DNA of 64,000 bases from Trueperaceae bacterium (GCA_965214405.1 OZ243956.1:1760001-1824000); one strand, 5' to 3'. Shown: positions 1-10,195, numbered from the stretch's first letter. Program-made: numbers and translations. The notes: generated by a model not told the origin, from the sequence alone.

Positions 1-420
1 CGCGGCGCGGGCCGAGGTCTCACAAGTAACGCGGGGGCGGCGGTAGGAGACGTTGGACGCAATCTGCAAAGAGCTGTGAAAGAAACCGCCGATGACGCCA
101 AGCGCGCGGTAGATGAAGCGCGGGAGGGCTCGAGCGAAAAAGCGCGCAACGGAACAACGCAAAACGCCTACGATTTTGACGCCGACCGCGACTACTACCG
201 GACGCACCACCAAAATACCTACACTGACACGGACTTTTCCTATGAGGATTTTGAGCCCGCCTACCGTTACGGCGCGGGGCTCGGCGGCGCGGGAGACGGC
301 ACCTGGGACGACGCGCGTGAGGCGGAGGTGCGTTCGCGCTGGGAGAACGAGCAGCGCGCCCCGTGGGACACGTTTGGCAGCGCGGTGCGTCGGGGCTTTG
401 AGCGCGCCCGCGGGCGTTAG
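1..420 (+). CDS. Hypothetical protein, 5'-truncated by the window edge; carries the shared 'EPAYRYG...W...W' C-terminal domain
   Basis: Frame is open from base 1 to TAG at 418-420. The C-terminus DYYRTHH..YEDFEPAYRYG..WDD..RSRWE..WDTFGSAVRRGFERARGR resembles the ends of ORFs 429-1679 and 3213-4229. Confidence 0.8.
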   Translation, partial: RGAGRGLTSNAGAAVGDVGRNLQRAVKETADDAKRAVDEAREGSSEKARNGTTQNAYDFDADRDYYRTHHQNTYTDTDFSYEDFEPAYRYGAGLGGAGDGTWDDAREAEVRSRWENEQRAPWDTFGSAVRRGFERARGR

Positions 421-428
421 GGGGAATA

Positions 429-1679
429 ATGAGCGACGATAGAGACAGAGTAGACAGAGACGGTGTGGAGGAGGTTCGGGCCTATGACGATAACGACGGC
501 GGCTCGAGCCGCACAAACTCAAACAGCGCCCGCACGGGTAGCGCGAACGACCTCAGCAACAAGTCGCCCGACGAAATCAGAGACGAAATAGAGGACACGC
601 GCGAAAGGCTGAGCGAGGACCTAGACGAACTCTCCTACCGCCTCTCCCCCGAACGGGCCAAAGAAGAGGTGCAAGAAAAGCTCGAGGACGTGCAAGAGGC
701 CGTGTCGCAAACCGTCCGCAACCTCACCGACGCCGCGATTGGCAAGGCCGAAGAGCTGCTGCACGGCGCTGAAAAGCGGGGCCAAACCTTTCTTACTGAA
801 GTTGAAGACCGCCCCGTCGCCTCATCGCTCACCGCGGCGAGCGTTGTGGCCGCGGGCGTCGGTTGGGTGATTTGGCAGCAGGTATCGGGTGACGAGCGCA
901 ACAAAACGCGCTCGAGCTACCGCGCCGACACCCGAACAGGCACCCGCACTTACGCAAGCTCTGAGGCGTCTTACGAGGGCAGCTCTTACGACAGCAGCTC
1001 TTACGGCACCTCGGAAACCGGCGAGGCCGCTCCGACGCCTTATTTGGCGGATGATGATGAAGAGGTCACTCGAGAGGCCACTCGAGACGCCGAGGCGCGC
1101 ACCCCCTTCTGGTCCGCCGAAACGGACGCGGCGGTGGAAGCGCGCGCCAGAGCCCAACGCGCCAAACGTCAAAAAGGCGGCTTCCAAACCTTCGTCAAGG
1201 ACAACGCGGTCCCGCTCGGCATCGGCGCGACGGTCGCGGGTGTTGCCGCCGCCTTTTTCGCCCTCCGCGACCGGCAGGCCGCCCAATCCAGGCCGCGCCG
1301 CCGCGCGCTGCCCCCTCCCGGCGCGTCCAGCTTTGAAGGAGAAGGCTCGAGCAGGTTCGCAAGCACAGCAGGCTCGAGCGGGAGCCGCACCACGCGCTCG
1401 GGTACGGAGAGCTACAGCCCGGACGCCGACGAGAAGTATTTCGAGACGCACTTCGAGACGCACTACAAAAGCGGCGGCTCCTTTAGCGACTACGAAGCGG
1501 CGTACTTGTTCGGCACCTCCTTGGCGGAAGACGACCGCTACCTAGACCTCCCCTGGGACGAAGTCGCGCCCGAGGCCAAACGCCGCTGGGAAGAGGAGTA
1601 CATCGACCCCTGGGAAACGCGCAAAGAGGCCGTGCAGTACGCTTACGACCGCGGCAGGATGGACGCTTCGCAGGGCTGA
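429..1679 (+). CDS. DUF3618-type protein with two hydrophobic segments and the shared C-terminal domain
   Basis: SPDEIRDEIEDTRERLSEDLDELSYRLSPE is a DUF3618-like motif. Two Ala/Gly/Val-rich segments; GGGG upstream of the ATG. Confidence 0.75.
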   Translation: MSDDRDRVDRDGVEEVRAYDDNDGGSSRTNSNSARTGSANDLSNKSPDEIRDEIEDTRERLSEDLDELSYRLSPERAKEEVQEKLEDVQEAVSQTVRNLTDAAIGKAEELLHGAEKRGQTFLTEVEDRPVASSLTAASVVAAGVGWVIWQQVSGDERNKTRSSYRADTRTGTRTYASSEASYEGSSYDSSSYGTSETGEAAPTPYLADDDEEVTREATRDAEARTPFWSAETDAAVEARARAQRAKRQKGGFQTFVKDNAVPLGIGATVAGVAAAFFALRDRQAAQSRPRRRALPPPGASSFEGEGSSRFASTAGSSGSRTTRSGTESYSPDADEKYFETHFETHYKSGGSFSDYEAAYLFGTSLAEDDRYLDLPWDEVAPEAKRRWEEEYIDPWETRKEAVQYAYDRGRMDASQG

Positions 1680-1761
1680 CGACTTGGCAAGTCAAGCAGG
1701 TTTCGGGGAGGCTCGAGTTCGTCCGAAAGCCCCTTGGCGAAACCGAAAATCCGCGCATTTT

Positions 1762-1798
1762 GAGCGAGCGCCTGTGCAGGCGCTCGCTCCTTCTCTTG
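1762..1798 (+). terminator. Probable intrinsic terminator
   Basis: Perfect inverted repeat GAGCGAGCGCCTG-tg-CAGGCGCTCGCTC followed by a pyrimidine tract. Confidence 0.6.
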
Positions 1799-2169
1799 GG
1801 TGCTCGAGTGCTCGCCACCCACGGTCCGCATTATCCATAAGTCTTGCTAAAAGGGGTTTGGGAGAGGGGTGAGGAAGAGACGCTGTGACAACGCTTAACG
1901 ACACTGTGGGCTCCGAAAAGACGCAACACTGTAAGGATGCCTACGGGTGACATAGGGCCAACCGTATAGGCTCAAGATAGTGATCTAAAGTCACTAAGGT
2001 GTGGGCTGGCGGTGACTGTTGAGCTGTAGAGTTTTCGGTTTATCGTCATGCTAACGTAATTAGTGGCCAGGAGCGGGATCGCGCTCAAATAAGAGGGTGA
2101 GGGAATTGAGCTTTGGCTTCCGCAAGGTGACTTTTGAAAGGGGAAGTAGTGACGCAACAGAACGAGCGT

Positions 2170-2340
2170 ATGCAGGACAGATTCATGAAAACTGAGTCTG
2201 GAGAGGGTAAACCCGGAGAGAGTGACGCTGCGGTCGCGGTGTATTACGGTGAGGCGCCGCAAGAGGCTGCGTCGGCTCTGGAAGCCGCGGTTATCATCCT
2301 GTCGGTCATGGCCGTTTTTATCTGGCTCGTGCTGCGGTGA
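2170..2340 (+). CDS. Small putative membrane protein with one C-terminal TM helix; start uncertain
   Basis: Ends AAVIILSVMAVFIWLVLR and stops 14 nt before the next gene. Confidence 0.4.
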   Translation: MQDRFMKTESGEGKPGESDAAVAVYYGEAPQEAASALEAAVIILSVMAVFIWLVLR

Positions 2341-2354
2341 GGACGGTTTAGAAG

Positions 2355-2984
2355 ATGGACAGCAGACAAGTCACCATTACCGACAGTGACGGCGTGACCA
2401 AGCGCGGCGTGGTGCCGCCGCAACCGTCCGGCGAGGGCTTGCTCCTTAGGTTCGAGGACGGCGAGACGGTTTACGTGCCCAGAGACGCGGTTACCCAAAA
2501 CGGCGACGCGTACAGGCTTCAGTTGCGGTTCGACGACCTCCGCAACGCGTCTATCGGGGCGTCGTCCGAATCTACAGAGTTTGGCGAGCTTTCTTCGGAG
2601 GATGAACGCTACGTTGTGCCGGTGCTCGAGGAGACAGTGAGCGTCCAAAAGCGCCGCGTCGAGCGGGGAAAGGTCCGGGTCCGTAAAACCGTCAGCGAGC
2701 ACGAAGGTCTCATCGACGAGCCTCTTTTTAGCGAACGCGCTGAGGTTGAGAGGGTCGCCATCAACGAGTTTGTCGACCGCGCGCCGCCCGTGCGAGAAGA
2801 GGGTGACGTGACCGTCATTCCCCTTTTAGAAGAGGTACTGGTCGTCGAGAAGCGGCTGCTTCTCAAAGAAGAGATTCGCGTGAGCAAAAACCGGACCGAA
2901 CGGCGCGAGCCGCAGCGTGTCACCCTGCGCCGCGAGGAGGCGGTGGTGGAGCGGCTCGAGGCAGACGAAGACGAACCGCGCTAA
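2355..2984 (+). CDS. YsnF/AvaK-domain (DUF2382) protein
   Basis: VPVLEETVSVQKRRVERGKVRVRK...IPLLEEVLVVEKRLLLKEEIRVSK...VTLRREEAVVER signature. Confidence 0.85.
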   Translation: MDSRQVTITDSDGVTKRGVVPPQPSGEGLLLRFEDGETVYVPRDAVTQNGDAYRLQLRFDDLRNASIGASSESTEFGELSSEDERYVVPVLEETVSVQKRRVERGKVRVRKTVSEHEGLIDEPLFSERAEVERVAINEFVDRAPPVREEGDVTVIPLLEEVLVVEKRLLLKEEIRVSKNRTERREPQRVTLRREEAVVERLEADEDEPR

Positions 2985-3212
2985 AGGGATTTCGCCCTCT
3001 TTCGCGCTCTGCGCAGTCCCGACAGCGGCCTGACTAAAGTCAACCAAGGGACGCCGCAGACGCCTCTAAAAGTGACCCACAGTCTCGGGTAAAAATCTGT
3101 AAGTCAGGGACAGGTTGTCAAGCGGTGGGCGAAGTAAAAATAGTGATGTAGTAGACAGATGCTCCTTTAGAGACTGTCTAAAAAACTTTCAAACCCCAGG
3201 GAGGGTATATCA

Positions 3213-4229
3213 ATGGCAAATACAGTGGTAGGACTTTACAGCACCTCGTCCGTCGCGCAAGAAGTGATTGACGACCTCATCGACAACGGCTTCAACCGTA
3301 GCGACATCGACTTAGAGGAAACCGCTCGGGGCAATCTCGCAGGCGAGCTGACGCGGGGCGGCGTGCCGCAAGACGACGCCGACTACTACGCGGACGGCGT
3401 CAGTGACGGCGGTTCGCTCGTGGTGCTGCGCGCGCCCGAGGCCAAGACGAGTCAGGCCGTCGACATCATGGAACGTCACAGCACCCGTGACGCTGACTTT
3501 ATCAACAACGCCAGCCGCGACACAGACACTATGGTTGACCGCGATACCGACCGTAACGCCACAGCGAGTGCGGCCCGGACAACCCGGAATGACGGCGACC
3601 AGAGCATCGACGTGGTTGAAGAGCGCCTGCGCGTCGGTAAGCGCATCGTCGAACGTGGCGGCGTGCGGGTTCGCACTTCGGTGACCGAAACGCCCGTCGA
3701 GCAAGACGTGACGCTGCGTGACGAGACCATCCACGTCGACCGTCGTCCGGTTGACCGCGCCGCGAGCGACGCCGACTTTGACGCGTTTGAAGAGCGCACC
3801 ATCGAGGTGACCGAGACCGACGAAGAGGCCGTCGTGAGTAAAGAAGCGCGCGTGGTCGAAGAAGTCGTGATCGGCAAGACCGTCGAAGACCGTCACGAAA
3901 CCGTGCGCGACACCGTGCGCCGCACCGACGTCGACGTTGAAGAGATCGGTGCCGACAGAAGCCGCGACAACGACTTCCGTAACTACGACGCCGACTTCCG
4001 CAAGCACTACGAAACGACCGGCTCCAAGAGCGACTATTCTTACGACCAGTCCGAGCCCGCCTACCGCTACGGCTATACGCTGGCGAACGATGACCGCTAC
4101 AGTGGCCGCGACTGGAACGACGTCGAGCCCGACGCCCGCCGCGAGTGGGAGTCGCGCAACGAAGGCACCTGGGACAACTTCAAGGACTCCGTCCGCTATT
4201 CCTGGGAGCGCGCCCGCGGTCGCGCGTAA
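3213..4229 (+). CDS. General-stress-protein-like N-domain + YsnF/AvaK (DUF2382) domain + shared C-terminal domain
   Basis: TVVGLY..AQEVIDDL..GVPQDDADYYADGVSDGGSLVVL; IDVVEERLRVGKRIVERGGVRVR..EEAVVSKEARVVEEVVIGK; RBS GGGAGAGGG. Confidence 0.88.
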   Translation: MANTVVGLYSTSSVAQEVIDDLIDNGFNRSDIDLEETARGNLAGELTRGGVPQDDADYYADGVSDGGSLVVLRAPEAKTSQAVDIMERHSTRDADFINNASRDTDTMVDRDTDRNATASAARTTRNDGDQSIDVVEERLRVGKRIVERGGVRVRTSVTETPVEQDVTLRDETIHVDRRPVDRAASDADFDAFEERTIEVTETDEEAVVSKEARVVEEVVIGKTVEDRHETVRDTVRRTDVDVEEIGADRSRDNDFRNYDADFRKHYETTGSKSDYSYDQSEPAYRYGYTLANDDRYSGRDWNDVEPDARREWESRNEGTWDNFKDSVRYSWERARGRA

Positions 4230-4266
4230 GTGAGTTAGCCGGATGTACCGTCCGGACGCCTGAAAC

Positions 4267-4302
4267 TAAAAGAGTGCGGGACATAGATCCCGCACTCTTT
4301 TA
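4267..4302 (+). terminator. Intrinsic terminator, possibly bidirectional
   Basis: TAAAAGAGTGCGGGA-cataga-TCCCGCACTCTTTTA perfect 15-bp stem. Confidence 0.8.
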
Positions 4303-4478
4303 TTCGCTCTTCTTGCTCCGCGACTTTACGCTTCACACCTTTTATGTTGTAATTTTGTGTTGTAATTTGCGAGGTCGGGCCTCGCAGCGCGCGCACGAAG
4401 GGCGCTCCTCGAGCCTCAGCACACATAACAATTTAGTGAGTGAACGCGAGCAGTTTGCAAAACGGAAAGGAACTATTT

Positions 4479-5525
4479 ATGGCACAAAGTTACCGTGACA
4501 ACGACGTTACTGTTTACGACGACGACCGGGTCGCCAGACCCGTGCGGCGCATTTCCTGGGGGGCGGTGCTCGCGGGCACGCTCATCGCGCTCATGATTCT
4601 GCTGCTTATCAACCTGCTGGGCGTGGGGCTTGGTTTGGAGTCCATCGACCCGGCGACCGAAGCCGACCCGCTAGCGGGCGTGGGTACGGGCTTGAGCATT
4701 ACCGTCATCATCGCCAACCTACTCGCGCTCTTTTTCGGCGGCTGGGCGGCGGGCCGTTTGGCGGGCAACCCGCGCACGACTGAGGGCGTGCTGCACGGCA
4801 TTCTCGTCTGGGGTTTGCTGACGCTGCTCACCTTTTGGCTGCTCACAACCGCGGCGGGCCGTTTGGTAAGCGGCGCGGCGAGCGCGGTGGGTCAGGGCTT
4901 GTCGCTGGTGGGTCAGGGCGTGAGCGCCGTGGCGCCCGACGCAGCGGCGGCGGTGGAGAACGCGCTTTCCGCCCAGGGTGTGTCGCTCCAGAGCGTTCGT
5001 CAGGAGGCGCAGGGGCTGTTCAGTAATGTAGGCGCCGTAACGGGGGGCGCTGTTACTGGGGGCGGTATAGCAGGCGTTGACGTCGTCGAAGGCGAGGGCA
5101 GCGTCCAGGAAACCGTGGGCGACGCCGCGCAAAACGTGGAGAGCACCGCGCAGGACATCGCCCAGAATCCTCAGGCAGCTTCTGCGGAAATCGATCAGCT
5201 TATCAACCAGCTCACCGCCAGCGGCGAGAGCTTGGCCGACAGCGCCAACCGTCAGGACTTAGTTGAGGCGTTGGTGGCGAACACCAACCTGACTCAAGCG
5301 GAAGCCGAGGCCAGGGTAGACAACTGGATAAGCACGCTTCAAGACGCCGACGTGAACGTGCAGGGGGCGCGGCAAGACCTCGAGCAGGCGGCGCAAAACG
5401 CCTCCGACGCGCTCGGCCGAGCGGCGCTCTGGGCGTTTGTGGGTCTTCTGGTGGGTGCGCTTATCGCGGCTATCGGTGCCGCCGTCGGTAGCCCCAGTAA
5501 TCCTAGACAGGCGCGGCGCGCTTAA
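4479..5525 (+). CDS. Conserved hypothetical membrane protein ('RRISWGAVLAG' type) with a long helical extracytoplasmic loop
   Basis: Three N-terminal TM segments, an Ala/Gln-rich linker and a C-terminal TM; AAGGA RBS before ATG 4479. Confidence 0.8.
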   Translation: MAQSYRDNDVTVYDDDRVARPVRRISWGAVLAGTLIALMILLLINLLGVGLGLESIDPATEADPLAGVGTGLSITVIIANLLALFFGGWAAGRLAGNPRTTEGVLHGILVWGLLTLLTFWLLTTAAGRLVSGAASAVGQGLSLVGQGVSAVAPDAAAAVENALSAQGVSLQSVRQEAQGLFSNVGAVTGGAVTGGGIAGVDVVEGEGSVQETVGDAAQNVESTAQDIAQNPQAASAEIDQLINQLTASGESLADSANRQDLVEALVANTNLTQAEAEARVDNWISTLQDADVNVQGARQDLEQAAQNASDALGRAALWAFVGLLVGALIAAIGAAVGSPSNPRQARRA

Positions 5526-5558
5526 AGCAAGAACCGCGAGGGTTTCTTACATCCATCT

Positions 5559-5592
5559 CACGCTGCAACGCAACCATGTTGCAGCGTGTTTG
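5559..5592 (+). terminator. Hairpin, probable terminator
   Basis: CACGCTGCAAC-gcaaccat-GTTGCAGCGTG followed by TTT. Confidence 0.5.
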
Positions 5593-5626
5593 CTGTGGCT
5601 AAAGGCCCTCGTGATGAAGCCTCATG

Positions 5627-5669
5627 GCAAGTACGGTTGAGCAGGTACGGTTGAGCAGGTACGGTTGAG
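5627..5669. repeat. Three tandem copies of a 14-bp unit GCA(A/G)GTACGGTTGA
   Basis: Read directly from the sequence. Confidence 0.9.
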
Positions 5670-5876
5670 TCATGAATTGGCCAAGACTGCGCTCGAGCGG
5701 TTCTCACACGCGGTCGGCTCATCCGCAAGAACTATACGTTCCTTCGAAAATTTTATAGTAAGAAAGGGTGATTGATGAACTTTTGCTTGGCTCGAGCGTG
5801 TTGGCCCGTCCTATATATCAGCACCGGCCACCCCGACGAACTCCGACTTCACAGCAGGAACGTTTAAGGATAGCCT

Positions 5877-7190
5877 ATGGGATTTTACTTCTGGTTTATC
5901 ATCACAGGTTTTCTTCTTACCTTTATGGCGCTCGCTGGCTCGGTGCTCAAGCGGCTTCCCCTCTCGGCGTCGCTCCTCTACTTGGCGGCGGGACTGCTCG
6001 TGGGTCCGCTGGGTTTGGGGATGCTCACGCTCGACCCGCTCGGCGAGGGCGAGGTGAAATTTATCGAGCGGTTGTCCGAGACGGTCGTGGTGCTGTCGCT
6101 TTTTGCGGCGGGGCTCAAGATGCGTATTCCCTTCCGCGACCCCAGGTGGCGGCTGCCCCTGCTCCTGGCCTTTGGGTCGATGACGCTCACCGTGGCCTTT
6201 ATTACGGGCATAGGCGTGTGGCTGCTCGGGCTGCCGCTCGGCGGCGCGGTGCTCTTGGGCGCGGTGCTCGCGCCCACCGACCCGGTGCTGGCCTCGGACG
6301 TGCAGGTCGAAAACGCCAGAGACGACGACCTGCTGCGCTTCACGCTCACCGGTGAGGCGGGCTTTAACGACGGCACGGCGTTCCCCTTTGTGATGCTGGG
6401 CCTGGGGCTGCTCGGGCTGCACGAACTCGGCGCGTACGGCTGGCGCTGGTTCGTGCTCGATGTCGGCTGGGCGATCGTGGGCGGGTTGGCGATAGGCGCG
6501 CTTTTGGGCGCGGCGACGGGGCGGCTCGTGGTTTACCTCCGCAAAGAGCACCGGGAGGCGGTGGGACTGGACGATTTTCTGGCGCTCGGCCTCGTTTTCT
6601 TGGCCTACGGTATCGCGCTGTGGGCGAACACCTACGCCTTTTTGGCCGCGTTCGCGGCGGGCTTGGCGCTGCGGGCGGTCGAGCGCCACCACACCCCCGA
6701 CGGGACGGAAGAGCCCTCCGCGGAGGTTGCGGCGGCGGCGGAGCAGGGTGAAGGCGAGGAGGTCGCGGTAGACCCTGAAAAAGCCCCGGCCTATATGGCG
6801 TCGGCGGTCTTGGGCTTTACCGAGCAGTTCGAGCGCATCGGCGCGGTGGCGATGGTCGTCCTCGTCGGCGCGCTTCTATACTACGCCGAATGGAGCTGGG
6901 ACGCTCTATGGTTCGTGCCTTTGACGTTTTTTGTGGTGCGCCCCCTCGCGGTGTGGTTGGGGCTCCTGGGCTCGCACACGGACGACCTAAGCGAAGGCTT
7001 TATCGCCTGGTTCGGGATTCGCGGCATCGGCTCGGTCTACTACCTCATGTTCGCCGCGAACCACGGGCTGCCCGACGATGTCGCCTACAAAATCTTGTCT
7101 CTCACCCTCATCACCATCGCCGCCAGCTCCTTTGTTCACGGCGTGTCGGTCACACCGTTTATGGCCTGGTACCGCAAAAGAACAGGGTGA
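5877..7190 (+). CDS. CPA1/NhaP-type cation:proton antiporter
   Basis: LAPTDPVLASDVQV, GEAGFNDGTAFPF and WFGIRGIGS motifs; multiple TM segments. Confidence 0.9.
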   Translation: MGFYFWFIITGFLLTFMALAGSVLKRLPLSASLLYLAAGLLVGPLGLGMLTLDPLGEGEVKFIERLSETVVVLSLFAAGLKMRIPFRDPRWRLPLLLAFGSMTLTVAFITGIGVWLLGLPLGGAVLLGAVLAPTDPVLASDVQVENARDDDLLRFTLTGEAGFNDGTAFPFVMLGLGLLGLHELGAYGWRWFVLDVGWAIVGGLAIGALLGAATGRLVVYLRKEHREAVGLDDFLALGLVFLAYGIALWANTYAFLAAFAAGLALRAVERHHTPDGTEEPSAEVAAAAEQGEGEEVAVDPEKAPAYMASAVLGFTEQFERIGAVAMVVLVGALLYYAEWSWDALWFVPLTFFVVRPLAVWLGLLGSHTDDLSEGFIAWFGIRGIGSVYYLMFAANHGLPDDVAYKILSLTLITIAASSFVHGVSVTPFMAWYRKRTG

Positions 7191-7387
7191 CGCGGGCTTT
7201 GGCGCAGGGTTTTGGCGCTCAGTTGAGCTTTCGCCGCTCACGGATTTACTCAAGCTCGAGCGCATCCCCAGCACCCACCCTTGAGCTTTCTTGATTCTCA
7301 CTTTTCACTTCCTACTTCTCTTCGCCACAGCAAACCCCGTAGCAAACTCCACGGCGCAACCCAAACCTCAACAGCGAAAGGCCAGCC

Positions 7388-8299
7388 ATGAGCCAAGAAG
7401 ACCCGAACGCCTCAGAAGAACCCAAGGGGTTAGACGCCGACCTCGCCGAAGCGGCACCCTCGAAGGGAGAAGCGGTCGACGATTTTTTTAATACCAATGA
7501 AATTTTCAAGCGCGTGCTGGCGACGGCGGAAGAGGAACTCGAGCGCCCCTTATCAACCTTTTTTTGGGGCGCGCTGACCGCGGGTCTCGTTATCGGCTTT
7601 TCTTTTCTCGCGCGCGTCGTGGTGACCGCGGCGCTACCGGGTGAAGGCAACGAACTCGTCGGCAACCTGCTCTATCCGGTGGGGTTTATCTTCGTTATTT
7701 TGGGCCGCTACCCGCTCTACACCGAGAACACGCTCACGCCCGTGGCGCTCGCGCTCACGCGGTTTGCCTCCCTGCGCGACCTCTTGCAGGTGTGGGGCGT
7801 GTCACTTTTTGCCAACCTGTTGGGCGCGCTTCTCTTCGCGCTCCTTTTGGCCCGTACGGGCATCTTGATGGGCGACCAGATAGAGGTCGCCAAGGGCTTT
7901 GGCGAACACCTTATTCACACGAGCTGGTCAGACGCATTTTTCAAGGCGATCTTGGCCGGTTGGCTCCTCGCCAGCCTGGTGTGGCTCGTCCACGCCGCCA
8001 GAGACACCGTGGCGCGCCTCTTTCTCATCTGGTTGGTAATTTACTTACAAATTACCGCCGACCTCTTTCACTGCATCGTGGGTTCAGCCGAAGTATTCTA
8101 CGTGATGTTGACCGGCGGCTCGAGCCTCTGGACCTACCTCTGGGGCTTTCTCGCGCCCTCCGTTTTAGGCAACACCATCGGCGGCGTGGTGTTCGTCGCC
8201 ATTCTCAACTACGCGCAGTTTAACGAGAGTCACATTGCCGACCGCGGTAAGAGGCTCTCCTGGCGTGAGTGGTGGTTGGAGCGGGGGAAAACGGCTTAG
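7388..8299 (+). CDS. Formate/nitrite transporter (FNT) family protein, YfdC-like
   Basis: YPVGFIFVILGRYPLYTENTLTP, HCIVGSAE and LGNTIGG motifs. Confidence 0.88.
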   Translation: MSQEDPNASEEPKGLDADLAEAAPSKGEAVDDFFNTNEIFKRVLATAEEELERPLSTFFWGALTAGLVIGFSFLARVVVTAALPGEGNELVGNLLYPVGFIFVILGRYPLYTENTLTPVALALTRFASLRDLLQVWGVSLFANLLGALLFALLLARTGILMGDQIEVAKGFGEHLIHTSWSDAFFKAILAGWLLASLVWLVHAARDTVARLFLIWLVIYLQITADLFHCIVGSAEVFYVMLTGGSSLWTYLWGFLAPSVLGNTIGGVVFVAILNYAQFNESHIADRGKRLSWREWWLERGKTA

Positions 8300-8326
8300 T
8301 TCGTCCTGAGTTTACGCCGCGCGTTT

Positions 8327-8707
8327 TTGGGCTCGAGTCACATCTGGCTCCTGGCTCGCGTGGTGACTTTTTGGCTTCTAAACATACCCGCTCGAGCGCC
8401 AACGCTGGTGATACTGTGGGGTGTGCTCCTCGGGTTTATCAAAACGCTAGTCATAGGCTTGTTGCACATTCTTGCCGCCTACCTGCTCGTGTTTTGGGGC
8501 CTCGCTTTCCTCGTTAGGTGGACGGGCGTGCCGGAAGTCGCGCCTGTCGTGGCGCTCTTTTTCTCCCTTCCGATTTTAGTGATAGGCATTCTTCGCGCGT
8601 CGTTCGACTCCTACCGCAGGATTCCCGCGTTGGGCTGGGTCGGCGCGGGCATGATGGTGTCGGTCGGGACGGTGTTCTTGGTGGCAATCATTATCAGCAA
8701 ACCTTAG
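8327..8707 (+). CDS. Hypothetical membrane protein; start uncertain
   Basis: Three to four hydrophobic segments; TTG start with no clear RBS. Confidence 0.45.
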   Translation: MGSSHIWLLARVVTFWLLNIPARAPTLVILWGVLLGFIKTLVIGLLHILAAYLLVFWGLAFLVRWTGVPEVAPVVALFFSLPILVIGILRASFDSYRRIPALGWVGAGMMVSVGTVFLVAIIISKP

Positions 8708-8801
8708 AACTTCTTAGCCGCGGACACACCAACACGTAAAGCCGTTTCTGTACCGCATTCAGCACACCCTCTCACACAGCATGTGAATCAGCGTGCTCGA
8801 G

Positions 8802-9083
8802 TCACTCCCGCTTCGTCCGCTCATCGGCACCTTTACGTCGTTTTCTCTTCAACCATTCGTAGAAACTGACAAAGAAAGTCGAAGCACAGAGAAAAAAGGT
8901 GATGGCGCTCAAGAAATCCCCACCAGCACCCGGATTGGTAGGGGTGTAAAACAGAGAAAAAACTCCCAACACCAGCGAGAAAACGAACAGGATTGCCGTC
9001 ACATAAAGCACGATTCTCACCTCATTAAGAGAGTATAAGAACCTGAACCCGCCTCGAGCCTCACTATAGCGCCCGCTCAACAA
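8802..9083 (-). CDS. Small hypothetical membrane protein with two TM segments
   Basis: Two hydrophobic helices and a basic tail; lower GC than neighbours. Confidence 0.4.
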   Translation of the reverse strand: MLSGRYSEARGGFRFLYSLNEVRIVLYVTAILFVFSLVLGVFSLFYTPTNPGAGGDFLSAITFFLCASTFFVSFYEWLKRKRRKGADERTKRE

Positions 9084-9104
9084 AAGGTGAACAAGGCTGG
9101 AGGC

Positions 9105-10001
9105 TTACATCTCCGCGCGCACCGCGTCTTTTGAGGGGACGATCCTCGAGCCCTCCTCCTTCGCGTACACCTGCGTAAATTCCGCGCCGAAAAAGAGGAT
9201 TTGGGCGGAGTAGTAGATCCACAAGAGGAGAATCACGAGCGAACCCGCCGCGCCGTAAGTCGAGGCGACGCCGCCCCTCGAGAGGTACCAGCTAATCAAA
9301 AACTTGCCAATCACGAACAGGAGCGAGGTGACCGCCGCGCCTATCCACACGTCGCCCCAGCTTATTTTCACGTCTGGCAGATACTTGAAAATGAGCGCGA
9401 AAAGCAGCGTGATGACGCCAAAGGACACGACGATATTGACAATCTGCCAGATGAAATCCGCACCGGGCAGTACATCGGTAAAGTAGGCTCCCACAACCTC
9501 TAAAGCCGTACTCAGCACCAGCGACACGAGCAGCAAGAAAGCGATGACCAGAACCATCCCGAGCGAGAGTAGGCGGACCATAAGCAGGTGCAACACGCCG
9601 CCCTTGTCAGGATTGGGCTTGACCTCCCAAATGGTATTGAGCGCGGTCTGAAGCTGCGCGAACACGCCCGTCGCGCCCACGAGCAGCGTGATGGTGCCCA
9701 GAACCGTCGCCAGAACGCCGCCGCCCGACTCCGCCTGAGCGTCCAACACGCCCTTAATGGTCTCTGCAACATTGGGACTGGTGAGGCCCCCAATCTGGTC
9801 GATGATCTGCCCCTTCGCGTCACTCTGCCCATAGATAATGCCGAGAATGCCAACGATAATGACCAGCAAGGGCGCGAGCGAGAAGATGGTGTAGTAGGCC
9901 AAAGCGGCGGCGAACATGGGCGCTTTGTCGTCGCTCCACTCGGTGAAGGTTTGCTTGAGAAGGTTGAAAAGTCGCTTTGGATTCAAGGAAGTTCCCCCCA
10001 T
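9105..10001 (-). CDS. YihY/virulence factor BrkB family inner-membrane protein
   Basis: AAALAYYTIFSLAPLL, QLQTALNTIW and YGAAGSLVILLLWIYYSAQILFFGAE. Confidence 0.92.
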   Translation of the reverse strand: MGGTSLNPKRLFNLLKQTFTEWSDDKAPMFAAALAYYTIFSLAPLLVIIVGILGIIYGQSDAKGQIIDQIGGLTSPNVAETIKGVLDAQAESGGGVLATVLGTITLLVGATGVFAQLQTALNTIWEVKPNPDKGGVLHLLMVRLLSLGMVLVIAFLLLVSLVLSTALEVVGAYFTDVLPGADFIWQIVNIVVSFGVITLLFALIFKYLPDVKISWGDVWIGAAVTSLLFVIGKFLISWYLSRGGVASTYGAAGSLVILLLWIYYSAQILFFGAEFTQVYAKEEGSRIVPSKDAVRAEM

Positions 10002-10195
10002 TTGGTTTGATACTGGGCTCGAGGCGGGTACGCCAACGTCGTTCTAATATATCCTAAGCTGCATGACAAAAGCTTCACGACAAAGGACGCGACCGCTTAC
10101 CACGACGCGCTATCCGAACACGCCGAGAGGCACGAGCCTTCAGTCGCCCTCGTTAGGACCGACGGCTGGACCTGGCGCGACGCTAAGAAACCGCG

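Noticed and set aside
5627..5669. Tandem 14-bp repeat as a mini-CRISPR
   Set aside because: The units are contiguous with no spacers and too short, and there are no cas genes. No CRISPR array was seen anywhere in the window.
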